From Eledone cirrhosa (Eukaryota), in the NCBI GenBank assembly GCA_964016885.1, contig OZ024742.1:130820001-130884000 (forward strand): a stretch of DNA of 64,000 nucleotides, read 5' to 3'. How positions within the stretch are numbered: the stretch's first letter is position 1; each line of letters begins with the position of its first letter. A program made the translations under genes and the position numbers. Under the pieces are notes generated by a model. The model was not told where the DNA came from. It ran no database searches and saw only the letters and a program-made list of their open reading frames with translations. Below are positions 27,054 through 49,575 of this stretch, one piece after another.

Positions 27054-27232
27054 TCCTCTATGGGGTCACTAAACCTGCTAGAAACAGCAGCTAACTCTCC
27101 CCCATATAACACCACTCCCTACTGTCTTAAATTTAGAAAACATATCCCCTATGAGGTCACTAAACCTGCTAGAAACAGCAGCTAACTCTCCCTCATATCA
27201 CACTCCTCCCTACTGTCTTAAATTTAGAAAAC
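27054..27232 (+). repeat. ~91-bp tandem duplication of a dispersed repeat fragment
   Basis: gtcactaaacctgctagaaacagcagctaactctcc occurs at ~27065 and ~27156; related degenerate motifs lie near 12265, 48760 and 50910. Confidence 0.7.
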
Positions 27233-27502
27233 ACACATTAGAAAACCATGCAGAACAACTCCATCGCAGCTCTGTTGTTCGGCTGGCATCGTCTACGCGC
27301 GTGTTGCGCAAGTACTGTGAAACAATAAATTTTAACACTTCTTTGCACAGAGATAATACCCATAGGCGAAATTACAATTGTCACTGCTGGCGCAGCTCCT
27401 TCTTCGGCAGTCCAGGTCTGCAATTCATTCACCCAGTGCCTGGCAGACAAAAAAGTGCTACAATAAAACGGGTGTTGCAACCTAACTTTGGTAACTTACT
27501 GA

Positions 27503-27533
27503 CCCCGAGCAACGCCGGGCTTTAATGCTCGTA
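27503..27533 (+). mobile_element. Possible Helitron-type 3' terminus
   Basis: GC-rich hairpin cccgagcaacgccggg about 10 nt before ctcgt (canonical CTRR-t, one mismatch). Confidence 0.3.
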
Positions 27534-27852
27534 CACATATATATATACATACATACAAACATACATACATATTTATACATAATTGCGGATACAATTTTCA
27601 TTGTACGCTAAGCTTGTTTTAAATTTGAGATCTAAATAATAAACCTAGACAAAGTCACTTACGGGACTCGCACAACATATTCAACACCTGTGGTGTGGCT
27701 ACATTACCATTTGTCTCACACCGTGAGCTACTGATCTGTTGTCTGAAACTATTTCTTCTTTAAATGTCAGATTACTTCAACGGCGATGCATCAACCACTT
27801 AGCTTTGCAGTGTCAGATTTTCTCTAACACACACATACACTCACACCTACTT

Positions 27853-28723
<871 letters not shown>

Positions 28724-28929
28724 TATAGAGAAAATTGAGGTTGGTAATGGCACATGGAATATATAAGAGACAGAATACTTTTTTGTGAAAAAACATAATT
28801 TTATAAGGGGTAAGGAAATAATAAAGGGTATATTTATTTCCTTACCTTATGAAATTATGTTTTTTCACAAAAAAGTATTCTGTCTCTTATATATTCCATG
28901 TGCCATTACCAACCTCAATTTTCTCTATA
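28724..28929. repeat. ~95-bp fold-back inverted repeat in (TA)n
   Basis: gagaaaattgaggttggtaatggcacatgg... is inverted to ...ccatgtgccattaccaacctcaattttctc. Confidence 0.9.
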
Positions 28930-28977
28930 ACCTTCGTTTTGTGTAGAAAATTACACCTTTCATATATAAATATATAT

Positions 28978-29010
<33 letters not shown>

Positions 29011-29055
29011 AAATAAAGTTAAATAAAAGTCAAATGATTTTTAGCTTCGTTTATT

Positions 29056-29110
29056 ACTGCTATATATATTTCAGTGACAGCCATCTTTGGCTGTGACCTC
29101 TTCAGGCAGT
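29056..29110 (-). ncRNA. Type I hammerhead ribozyme motif (PLE pLTR type) within an inverted-repeat remnant (29010-29216)
   Basis: Minus strand: ACTGC CTGAAGA GGTcACAGCC aaagat GGCTGTcACT GAAA TATATA TA GCAGT. Confidence 0.7.
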
Positions 29111-29311
29111 TTGAATTAGTATGGTATAGACAAGTACATATATGTACTTGTCTATATATATAGCAGTAATAAACGAAGCTAAATTTTAATCATTTGACTT
29201 TTATTTAACTTTATTTTACACTACTCCGGAGTAACCAAACCAACCTGCGCACTTCGTCGAGTGCTCCAGCCTGCATACTGAGGTGTTGGTATACAACCAA
29301 CATAAACTCAA

Positions 29312-29370
<59 letters not shown>

Positions 29371-29378
29371 TAATATAT

Positions 29379-29435
<57 letters not shown>

Positions 29436-29436
29436 A

Positions 29437-29471
<35 letters not shown>

Positions 29472-29472
29472 A

Positions 29473-29631
<159 letters not shown>

Positions 29632-29644
29632 TATATATATATAA

Positions 29645-29707
<63 letters not shown>

Positions 29708-29711
<4 letters not shown>

Positions 29712-31200
29712 CTTCTTTTTGGTAAATATCATCTTGGTTAAGAGAGTGGGACTGGCTTTGTGCAGTGCCTTTGCTCACTATAAAAGCTTCACGGCACAGT
29801 AATAAAAATATAGGAAATACTACAGTAATAAAAATAAAATAAACCACAAAGATCAACCCTTCAAAATTAATTGACAATATATTGCCAAGTTCATTATAAA
29901 CATCAGAGTCGAAAAACAGATAAAGCCAAAAATTATCTATCAAATCGCATCTAGCAAAGATCAATTCAAAAAGTATAGGATGCCCAATTTGGTCTACATG
30001 TGTTCTTATATTTAATATAGAAGTTTATCTAGTGTAACTTTTATTCGAAGTATTTGCAGCATCAACTTTTAGGATAGCTTAATTTTTCATGAAGAATGTT
30101 TAAATAAATAAAATAAAAATAAAAAGAGTAAAAAGAGAATCAAAGATTTATCGGCTAGTTTCCCATATAATTATAAATCAAACTAAATATACTACATTTT
30201 AAATTTAAATTTATATTTAAACGTTGAGTTTAATCTATGTTTGCAACAACTGAATAAATTTGTCCGTAGATTAAGGGAATTTTTAGATTTTAGTATAAAG
30301 AATATCTCCTCTGCGCAGAGGTCACATGTCTCAGAGGATGAATTAAAAGGAATCCCTCTTGAGACTATATTCCAAGCCGTCGAATATCTAACGTTATCTA
30401 GCTTAAGTTGCCATAGTACGCCTGATAGTGCCGTTGAAGATTTTTTACTTGGATCTGTGAAAGAATTCTTGTGGTTATTATAGCGAAGTTTAAATTCCGT
30501 CGATGTGGAACCGACGTAGTTAAAAGAATTAGAGTCAGTATTAACATTACAATTGTATACTATATTTTTAACTAAGCAGTTGTTATTTAACGGACATTTA
30601 GATCTATCTCTACAGTTACATTTGTTAACTTGTATATTATTTATGCTGTTATCACTAGGTTTTAAGTTCCTATTATTTATTCTATTGATATTTTGTGCTA
30701 AATTTTTGGTGGATGAGTAGGTTAATTTAATTGTATGTCTATTGAAAATTGAGTGATATCTATGTGTTCTAGGGAAGCGATTATCAAGAGCTTTAAAAAA
30801 TAGTTTAGCGATGTGGGTTTTAATGTTTAGTGAGAAAGGGGGGGGGGGGGGGGCAAACCAAATTATGTTCCTAGTTCTATTTCTTTTTTGGCCTTTGGAA
30901 TTATTGTAATGCTTTCTATTATAGTTGTTAAGGATGTTGCCGTAATTAAAAAAGTTGTTACTTTGTTTAGTTTGTCTATCATTATCTATGTACACATTCT
31001 TATCAACATATCCTGCTCTAGCTAATGCTTCATTGTAGTATTGGGCTTTTTCGTCGAAAATCTTTCTATTCGACGAGATCCTAGAGATACGTTTTTGGAC
31101 AGAGTTTACTATAGTGTTTTTGACAGATCTGGGGTGGTTAGAGTTAAAGTTTACATAGTAGTATTTCCTATATTTTTATTACTGTAGTATTTCCTAATTT
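29708..31200 (-). mobile_element. Penelope-like element, 5'-truncated (GIY-YIG, probably Naiad-like)
   Basis: ORF 30192-30995: RNIIWFAPP.FSLNIKT, CNCRDRSKCPLNNNC, NIVYNC..NYVGSTSTEFKLRYNNH, CDLC. 31157-31195 is an inverted copy of ~29797-29836. Confidence 0.85.
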
Positions 31201-32221
31201 TTATTTTTTAATATTTTTAATATGTAAATTTTTTAATATGTAATATTTTTAATATGTAATATTCTTTCGTAATATTTCTTAGTTTTCTATTTTATTATTA
31301 CTTATTATTATTATTGTTATTTTTAGTTTAGTTTTGTTTCCGATATATTTTTATTTTTATTTTTATTAGTATATTGAAATCTGCTCTATCTTTGCTTGAT
31401 AGATAATCTTGTAGAGTAGAGACAGAAATAGTAATATTGACTCTATATACACATATATGTATACTTAAATTTTTATACCGCATTGAGAATACTTTCCGTG
31501 AACTTAGGGTTTGCAGAATTGATCATGTACATTCACATAGATGTTTGTAATTATCACATAAACATATGAATTTTTTAAAAACTAAACATAAGATCATTAA
31601 TTTTCACACATTGTGGATACATATCTCATTCAGGAATACTGATATTTACAATGCAGAGGCTGGTTTTGTTTTGTAAATACTAGTACCTCTACATTAAAAC
31701 AGAGGTTTGTACGCCTCGCCTGTGTCTGGATATTTTTGAATTTTCTCTCTCTCTCTCTTTTTCTCTCTCTATATTTTATTTTTTTTTCTCTCTCCCTATA
31801 TAACAGCTGGTTTTCCCTCCATATATCTCCCTTACATTAATACTAGAGCTAAATAAATAAATAAATAAATAAATGTATCATTGATACGTTATTCAACAGT
31901 TCGTCCCACTACCTAGCTTTCTATATATGTATCTATCTCTATTTCCTCTCTCTCTCTATATATATATATCTTTCTGTTTCTTTACATGAAGTTCTTCTCT
32001 TTATCTATCTTTCCATCTCTCTATTTTGTTCCATGCATTTCTTCTTTTTCTTTTTCTTCGTTTTCTGTCTTTCTTTCTTTTTTTCTCTCTTTTTCTCTCT
32101 TTCTCTCTCTCTTTCTTTCTCTCTGTGTACAATTTTGTCACAACCAAATCAACCTTCTCAAATGCAAGTAGATGTTGTTACGGTATGTCGAATCTATTTA
32201 TCTATAAGACTGTTTATATTG

Positions 32222-32287
32222 TATTTTGTCTGAGGAAGGCATAGCATATTGTTAATATGTTATCCCTGAAATATATATAATGAAATA
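32222..32287 (+). ncRNA. Type I hammerhead ribozyme motif with a long stem II
   Basis: TATTTTGT CTGAGGA AGGcATAGCATATT gtt AATATGTTATcCCT GAAA TATATA TA ATGAAATA. Confidence 0.7.
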
Positions 32288-32414
32288 AATATGGTTTTAT
32301 AAATATAGTTTCCATTTATTTAATATTGTAAATATACTCCAAATATTTGTCGAGTGCTTTTATATCAGTTATAAATATTTACTAGTTGTAACACAACAAT
32401 TTAAATATAACTTT

Positions 32415-41766
<9,352 letters not shown>

Positions 41767-41970
41767 CTAAGGCGGGTAAAATTCCCGAGATCCATGGACG
41801 AGTTCTCTCCAGCGGTCTCTGTCCCTCATTATCGCTGCCATGTCCTGCGACTCCAACAGACGAATGTCTGACCTTAGGGCATCAACATACGTCAACCTTG
41901 GTCTTCCTCTTCCAGTGTGTCCATGTAGGGGCTCCCAAAGGAGCACTGAGTGCAATGTCAACTCTGGAAG
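41767..41970 (-). mobile_element. RTE-like LINE 3' tail
   Basis: [23 protein letters not shown]...[11 protein letters not shown]. Confidence 0.7.
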
Positions 41971-41979
41971 TATAATATA

Positions 41980-42037
<58 letters not shown>

Positions 42038-42056
42038 TATATATATATAAATTGAT

Positions 42057-42837
42057 AAAATGAAATTACATTTTTCCCTGTTAGTACGGCTGATACTTAA
42101 ATATAAGTATGTATACGTACATACATAAGTATGTATACGTACATACATAAGTATGTATACGTACATACATAAGGAAAGTATATACTTTCAAGCGCTCAAT
42201 TGACTGACAGGAAAGTATACGATGCTGATAACAGCTAATAAGCCCGAAACTAGTTTATCATTCCTTAGTCAGTGTTGAACAAAAGGGAAACGATGGTTGC
42301 TGAACACTGTACGGCTAATAATTCGGGCTGTTTGTTTACAAACAAACCGAGCATTATAATAAATGTTCGGTAAATCCATACGTACATATATATATATGAG
42401 TGCATGTATGTATGTATATACATACTACTGTACGTCTGTATACATATATGTATGTACGTACACATACTTATAGACGTACGTATACATAGACATACTTATA
42501 TTTAAGTATCAGCCGTACTAAGAGTGAGAAATGAAGTTTCATTTTTTTCCACTTATCGTTTTCGGTACACTCGGCCGACTAACTCACTCGATATGCAAAT
42601 TAGGCTGCTCAGCCGTTAATATGCATAAGGAAAGTATATACTTTCAAACGTTCAATTGACTGACAGGAAGGTATACGATACTGATTACAGCTAATAAGCT
42701 AGAAACTAGTTAATCGTTCCTTTCTCAGTGTTGAACAAAAGGGCAGCGACGGTTACCGAACACTGTACGGCTAATATTTCGGGCTGTTTGTTTACAAACA
42801 AACCGAGCATCATAATAAATGTTCGATAAGCCCATAC

Positions 42838-42878
<41 letters not shown>

Positions 42879-42948
42879 AGCATGTATGTATGTATATACA
42901 TACTAGTGTACGTCTGTATAAATATATGTATGTACGTACACATACATA

Positions 42949-42960
<12 letters not shown>
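42057..42960 (+). mobile_element. Decayed pLTR-like dimer (~456-bp period) with an inverted 5' piece and degenerate hammerheads
   Basis: aaggaaagtatatactttcaa at 42171 and 42627; 42057-42115 is inverted to ~42485-42545; CTGATAA/CTGATTA...GAAA CTAG TT at 42221-42259 and 42675-42717. Confidence 0.55.
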
Positions 42961-42994
<34 letters not shown>

Positions 42995-43138
42995 AAAATC
43001 GGAATTAAGAGTATTTTTCCGCAGTTCACTGTAATAATAGTAATAATAGTATTATTAGCTCAAACGGTAAAATCACTTGTAATAATTCTTTACACACATC
43101 TCACTGTGTAACACATTTCTCTTTGTGTAATATATACT

Positions 43139-43213
<75 letters not shown>

Positions 43214-43627
43214 AATGGCGTGCTGCGTGGTTGCAAATGGGTTACATATGAATATTAGTCCTTCCTCAGTGATCTTCCAACTTTCATTGGTATTTCTTCG
43301 CTTTAAAGATACCTCTGGTTGGTGCGAGCAATAACTAAAGAAAGTTATTGGGACACGTAAAATAGGGTGAAGCAAGCGAGACATGTATACAATCATAGAT
43401 GGTAATGCAATGGAAAGAGAGGAAGAGAAGAGACAAGTCCGTGATATCTATGAACTTAAGTTCTGTGAAATCATAGACGAGAGATAAAGACCATCCGACC
43501 TGGGTGAAATGTGAGCGAGAAAAGGATTTCACGCAGGTCAAACGGGAGGAAGTGAGAGAGGGGGAGCAGCAGAGAGTGAGTGAGTGAAAGTGTGAGAAAG
43601 AGGCCAGCTGAGAGAGAGTGACTGGCT

Positions 43628-44270
<643 letters not shown>

Positions 44271-44519
44271 ACTATTTAGTTGATGTCTAAATATACTGCA
44301 AAGCTTGAAGAGCTAATATATGTTTTCCCCAAACATCAAACGCCACAAGACTTCAATGTTATATATTTTCTTTCTGACGCAAAAAATTGAAAAAAATGTG
44401 ATTTTAATCTTATGTATGCTACAATTCGAAAGTCACAACTGACATTTTAATAAATTACACCGAGGAACCATCTCATGGCATGGAAAACAATAGTATTTAA
44501 TTCAGTTCACAAACTTAAA

Positions 44520-44932
44520 TGATTGTTTCTGATTTAGACACAAGGCCAGCAATTTTTTTAAGGGAGGGGAAAGTCGATTAAATCGACTCTAGTGTATTAC
44601 TGGTGCTTTATTTTATCGACCCCGTAAGGATGAAAGGTAAAGTTAATCTCGGCGGGATTTGAACTCAGACAGTAAAGGGGCGTATCTCTATGCTGCAAAG
44701 CATGGTGTCCGACTCTCTACCGATACTGCCAACCCACCACCCTCACAATAAACTTAAACAATGGTTTCTGATTTAGGTACAAGACCAACATTTTTTTGAA
44801 AAGGGATAGTCAATTAAATCGACTCAGTGCATTACTGGTACTTTATTTTTCGACTCTGTAAGGATGAAGGCAAAGCTTACATCGGCAGGATTTGAACTCA
44901 GAACACAAAGGGCCATAACTCTATGCCGCTAA
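44520..44932 (-). mobile_element. Two tandem diverged tRNA-derived SINE copies (44520-44742, 44760-44932)
   Basis: Reverse complement of the SINE body with B-box. Confidence 0.8.
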
Positions 44933-45129
44933 GCCTATCGTTTCTCGTGTTGTATATGGGGCTGGGATCTTCATTATTAAAACACGTGAGAAACCTATTA
45001 GATACAACCTCTTAGGGGCCAGCTAAACCTGTATTGCTGTGAACTTTAAATTTAATTTTCATGTTTTTTCCATTCGGTATTCGTGCCAACATTTACCTAT
45101 AGTTATAAATTTAGGGTAATGACGGAAAA

Positions 45130-45450
45130 AAATACAAATGGCAGAAGTGGGGTTCCTCCGAAGGGTTATTGGAGTGACGTTACTATATAGAGTACATAGC
45201 TCGGAGATCAGTGAGTCCCTCCAGGTATAGCCACCATGTCTTCAAATTGAGAGATAATACAGATATTTGGTTAGAATGTCTCGGGGAAAGAATCGTTGGA
45301 CAACTTTTAGGAATGAAACCGACTGGCAGGTGACCCAGGGGTAGACCCCGAGCAAGATGGTTGGATAACATCCATGTGTTCAGATGGTCTCGTTTGGGAT
45401 CCACTGGAGATCCGCTGGAAGGCCTGTTTGAAGACTGTTCCCAAGAGCCC
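45130..45450 (+). mobile_element. RTE-like LINE 3' fragment
   Basis: MAEVGFLRRVIGVTLLYRV.S.EI and PRGRPRARWLDNI. Confidence 0.6.
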
Positions 45451-45459
45451 CCAGAAATA

Positions 45460-46333
45460 TTTTATCGGGGTCGATAAAATAAAGTACCAGTAATGCACTG
45501 GTGTAATTGATGGACTTGTGCCAAAAGTAGAAACAATTATTATTGATTTACTTTTAAACAGTTATAGCCCTTTACGCTTTTATACAATTACAGCCCTTTA
45601 CGCCGAGGTTAACTTTGCCTTTCATCCTTACAGGGTCGATAATATAAAGCACCAGTAATGCACTGGGGTAATTGCTGGACTTGTGCCAAAAGTAGAACCA
45701 ATTATTATTCATTTACTTACTGATTTTCATGTTACCAATTAGAGAACCGCGACGTTGATGTTTCTTTGAACGTCTATAAGTGTCTCGCATACTTACTCTT
45801 TTACGTGTTCAGTCGACTGGCTGCGGCCATAAGTTAGGTTGTTTAATCAACAACCTAATTTATTTTTTCACACCGCGTTTTGCTGCTCCCAGAACTATTT
45901 ATTATTTAATTAAAGGGCGTGGATTGGCAGTATCGGTGGAGGGTCGGACGCCATGCTTTCCAGCATAGTTACGTCCCTTTACGATCTGAGTTCAAATCCC
46001 GCCGAGGTTGACTTTGCCTTTCATCCTTACGGGGTCGATAAAATAAAGTACCAGTAATACACTGAGTAATTGCTGGCCTTGTGCCTAAAGTAGAAACAAT
46101 TATTTAATTAAAGGGCAGTGGATTGGCAGTATCGGTAAAGTGTTGGACAACATACTTTACGGCATATAGTTACGTACCCTGACGTTCTGAGTTCAAATCC
46201 CGCCGGTGTTAGCTTTGCTTTTCATCCTTACGGGTTCGATAAAATATATTACCAGTAATGCACTGGGGTCGATTTCATCGACTTTACCCTTTCCCCAAAT
46301 TGTTGGCTTTGTCCCTAAATCAGAAACCAATAT
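45460..46333 (+). mobile_element. SINE cluster: partial copies 45460-45540 and 45600-45705; full copies 45913-46103 and 46112-46333
   Basis: A-box ggattggcagtatcgg, B-box gagttcaaatccc and the shared body. Confidence 0.85.
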
Positions 46334-46744
46334 TTAATTAATCAATTTAAATGTCCGTGTAAAGCTAGTATGCCATAGTAGACCAAGAAATGTATGTATA
46401 AACCCCTATAATTAAAAAACAAAAACAAGAGAGGGAGGGAGGAATATAGAAACAGATAGAAGAAGAAAGGAACAAAAATAAGAAAAATGCGAAAAAACAA
46501 AGACAGTTAAAGAGTAGTTAAATGTTTCTGTTGAAACTTTTCGTAGCCTCCATAAATTGTTTATGGTTGGCAGATTCTTGACAATATATTGCACCTCCAG
46601 TCTTGGGTAGTTTTAAATATGTTAATGCGAACCTAACTTGACATTTTATGAGCATTTTTGAAAATACTCGAGGATAATATCACAATTTAAGGAACCCATT
46701 GGAAACTATATTGAATGATTTTCTGGTTTCTAATGCAAAATGAC

Positions 46745-46930
46745 AATTGCTCCAGTATACTCAGCTGACAATGAGTACAAACAGTAATTGGGGTTTAACC
46801 CTACGATGGACTGATAACATATTCAAGGGGGCGGGTGAGAGTCTTATATTCTCAGTCACTTATCGCGATGGAAACCTGGATAATCATCGTTGGATGGGCC
46901 TTCGGGCGTGAGACAGACTTTGGACTTTAT
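46745..46930 (+). mobile_element. Ancient SINE remnant with a Meta-domain-like core
   Basis: aaccctacgatggactga...caaggggg...ctcagtcacttatcgcgatggaaacc resembles the MetaSINE core as recalled; related copy at 50350-50440. Confidence 0.4.
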
Positions 46931-47889
46931 TTAAACCAGCTTTACAATAATCACCTGAAAGACATAGGCACGATATTGATGAATGGACAAATAAAAGAAT
47001 GAATTCCAAGCTATACTATATGAAGGAGAAACCATTCTAGTGTATTGTTTCAAAGAAAATCCAGACTAGCAGAAGTCGCATTAAACTCGATGCCAACAGG
47101 TTTTTAATATCTGTATGATTATCCATGTAAACTCAAATTCTCTGTGTAGATATAATAAAAATAATATTGGAAGAGAATCTATTAGAAATAATAGTGTTTC
47201 GTTTTTTAATTTGGTAAATTAAAACAAAAAAATAATGTGCTTCTTTTTATTTATTCTGAGTGTTATTAGACTAATTCAAATCTCTAAAAATGATATTTAT
47301 CCTCACTATGATGGGAGTACATCTATTCCACATTTACCTTACGTCATCGAAAGCTGAAGTAAGCACCAACTTTAAAAACTCAATAGAATTTAAGAGACAA
47401 TTTCAATTTTTGTCAGTAACAATAATGTAAAAAGCAATGCAATAAATGTGAATACAAAAGAAACTTAAAAAAGCTGTTTCTCAGCTTCTAATTTTGTGCA
47501 TAAGTACAATACGTACAGACACACCTGCACACACACAGACTCAGACTCACATACACATACACATTATAATTTATGCTTATTTTAGCTTTAGCTATTGTTA
47601 AATAAATATTCAGCGATTCCGTTTTTATCAGTTGAAAACATTAATCTTACGAATTGACTCACATAAACTTTAACATTTTATAATCTTATCGAAAATCTTT
47701 GTTGCGGATATTGATCGAGAGATTAAGGAGAGTAAACTCCAAGATTTCAAGAGATTTGTATGGAAACGGTGAAGAGTTTTTGTTAAAATATTGCAGACAT
47801 TACATCGAAGGAATAGTCAAAAGGAATGACAGGAAGAGAAAAATCATTGATCATTGCAATCGTTAACGTCAGAATATTTTAATGTTTAA

Positions 47890-47892
47890 TGT

Positions 47893-47925
<33 letters not shown>

Positions 47926-48093
47926 GTAATAATATTAATGACAACAATAATATTATTATTATCCATCTCATAATCATCATCATCATCATAGTTATCATTA
48001 TCCCCCTCATCATCAACATCATCATCATCATAGTTATGCTCCTCCTCCTCCTTTCCCCCACCTCCTCCACCTCCTCCTCACCATCACCATCAC

Positions 48094-48126
<33 letters not shown>

Positions 48127-48180
48127 CATCATCATCATCATCATCATCACCATTCTCATCATCATAATAATCATTATTAC
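47890..48180. repeat. (AAT)n/(CAT)n/(CCT)n trinucleotide tract
   Basis: Direct reading. Confidence 0.85.
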
Positions 48181-48433
48181 TATTGTTGATGTAGCTGTTG
48201 TTTTTGTTATTATTGTTCTATTTTATTTAAATCCATTTTTCCCTTCAATTCTTTCTTTGGTGGATTTTAAATTTATGATGTTTTATATTTCGCAAGTAAA
48301 GCAAGCAGCATTAGTAGAAAGACGCAACCTTTTTCATTAATTAAACTTCAAATCATTTTTAATAGAAAAATATTCATTTTTGAACCACGTGAGATATTTT
48401 GTGAGTGTATACGCATTTGAATATGTATGCGTG

Positions 48434-48633
48434 NNNNNNNNNNNNNNNNNNNNNNNNNNNNNNNNNNNNNNNNNNNNNNNNNNNNNNNNNNNNNNNNNNN
48501 NNNNNNNNNNNNNNNNNNNNNNNNNNNNNNNNNNNNNNNNNNNNNNNNNNNNNNNNNNNNNNNNNNNNNNNNNNNNNNNNNNNNNNNNNNNNNNNNNNNN
48601 NNNNNNNNNNNNNNNNNNNNNNNNNNNNNNNNN
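48434..48633. other. Assembly gap (200 N)
   Basis: Run of N. Confidence 1.
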
Positions 48634-49314
48634 CTATAAAAGTCAAAAGACAAAGTTGATCTTGGCATGATTAGAACCCACAGCACAGAGTCCGATTAAG
48701 TGACACAAAGTGTATTTTGTTGACGCTCCAATGACTTTGCTGCATTAAAAGAGCTAAAAGTTCTAGAAATAGTGGCCAAATATTAGCCAATTTACAAGCC
48801 ACCACTTTAAAATATACTCCTGCGATTTAAGGGTGATGTCAGAGACTAGAAAGAGCGACATCCCATTTTAGTTTTAGTTTCACACGTAATAAAAGATTGC
48901 ACTTGGAAATCATTGAGGAGTTTGCTACTCAAAACGTTATATTAATAATTTAAGGAACCGTATTAGTAATTAAAAGAACCAGCCTAGAGATGGTGCACCC
49001 CACTCTCTCTCCAGCAATCAAATCTTACATACTCCACTGAGTCAAGAGTGAGAGGGTCAAGAGGGTATCTTTGCAAAATCATAGGCACATAAAACCATCA
49101 ACGAAAGTATGACATGCTACAAAGTCATCGCTGATTGTAAGTGACGGCCGGAGGTTTTAATTAAATGAAAATATAATAAATTAGAAAAAGTGTACTGGAT
49201 TTCCTTCTTTTTTTAATTCTTAAATCGATAGTTACTTAAGTCTGGTATGTTGAAATTATGGAAATGATTTTATGATATTGATTTTTCTCATTGATACAAA
49301 GTAATGAATATATT

Positions 49315-49575
49315 GATGGCGTGAAGGACATAATCGAGACCTCGAAGAAGGGCAAACATAGATGGGCTGACCACGTCTCTCGTCTCAGAGACTACAGGTG
49401 GACTATTAGAGTGACAGAGTGGTCACAAAGTCAATGGGGAAGAGCCAGAGGGCGGCCAAAGGCAATATAGTGCGATGATCTGATCCGACGCCTCGGCCCC
49501 ATATGGCCCAATATAGCAAGAGAAAGGAAGCGGTGGAGGTCAATCAGGGAGGATTCCTCCAGCAGTAGTGAGAAG
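49315..49575 (+). mobile_element. RTE-like LINE 3' fragment
   Basis: VKDIIETSKKGKHRWADHVSRLRDYRWTIRVTEW...RARGRPK. Confidence 0.6.

Noticed and set aside
30192-30995. Selenocysteine-encoding Naiad element (also considered for 15489-16070)
   Set aside because: The conserved Cys positions are ordinary Cys codons, and no in-frame TGA was seen at those positions.
43250-43275. Hammerhead start ctgaggaaggac on the minus strand
   Set aside because: No downstream GAAA or stems.
48348-48686. ORFs spanning X residues
   Set aside because: Artefacts of the N gap.
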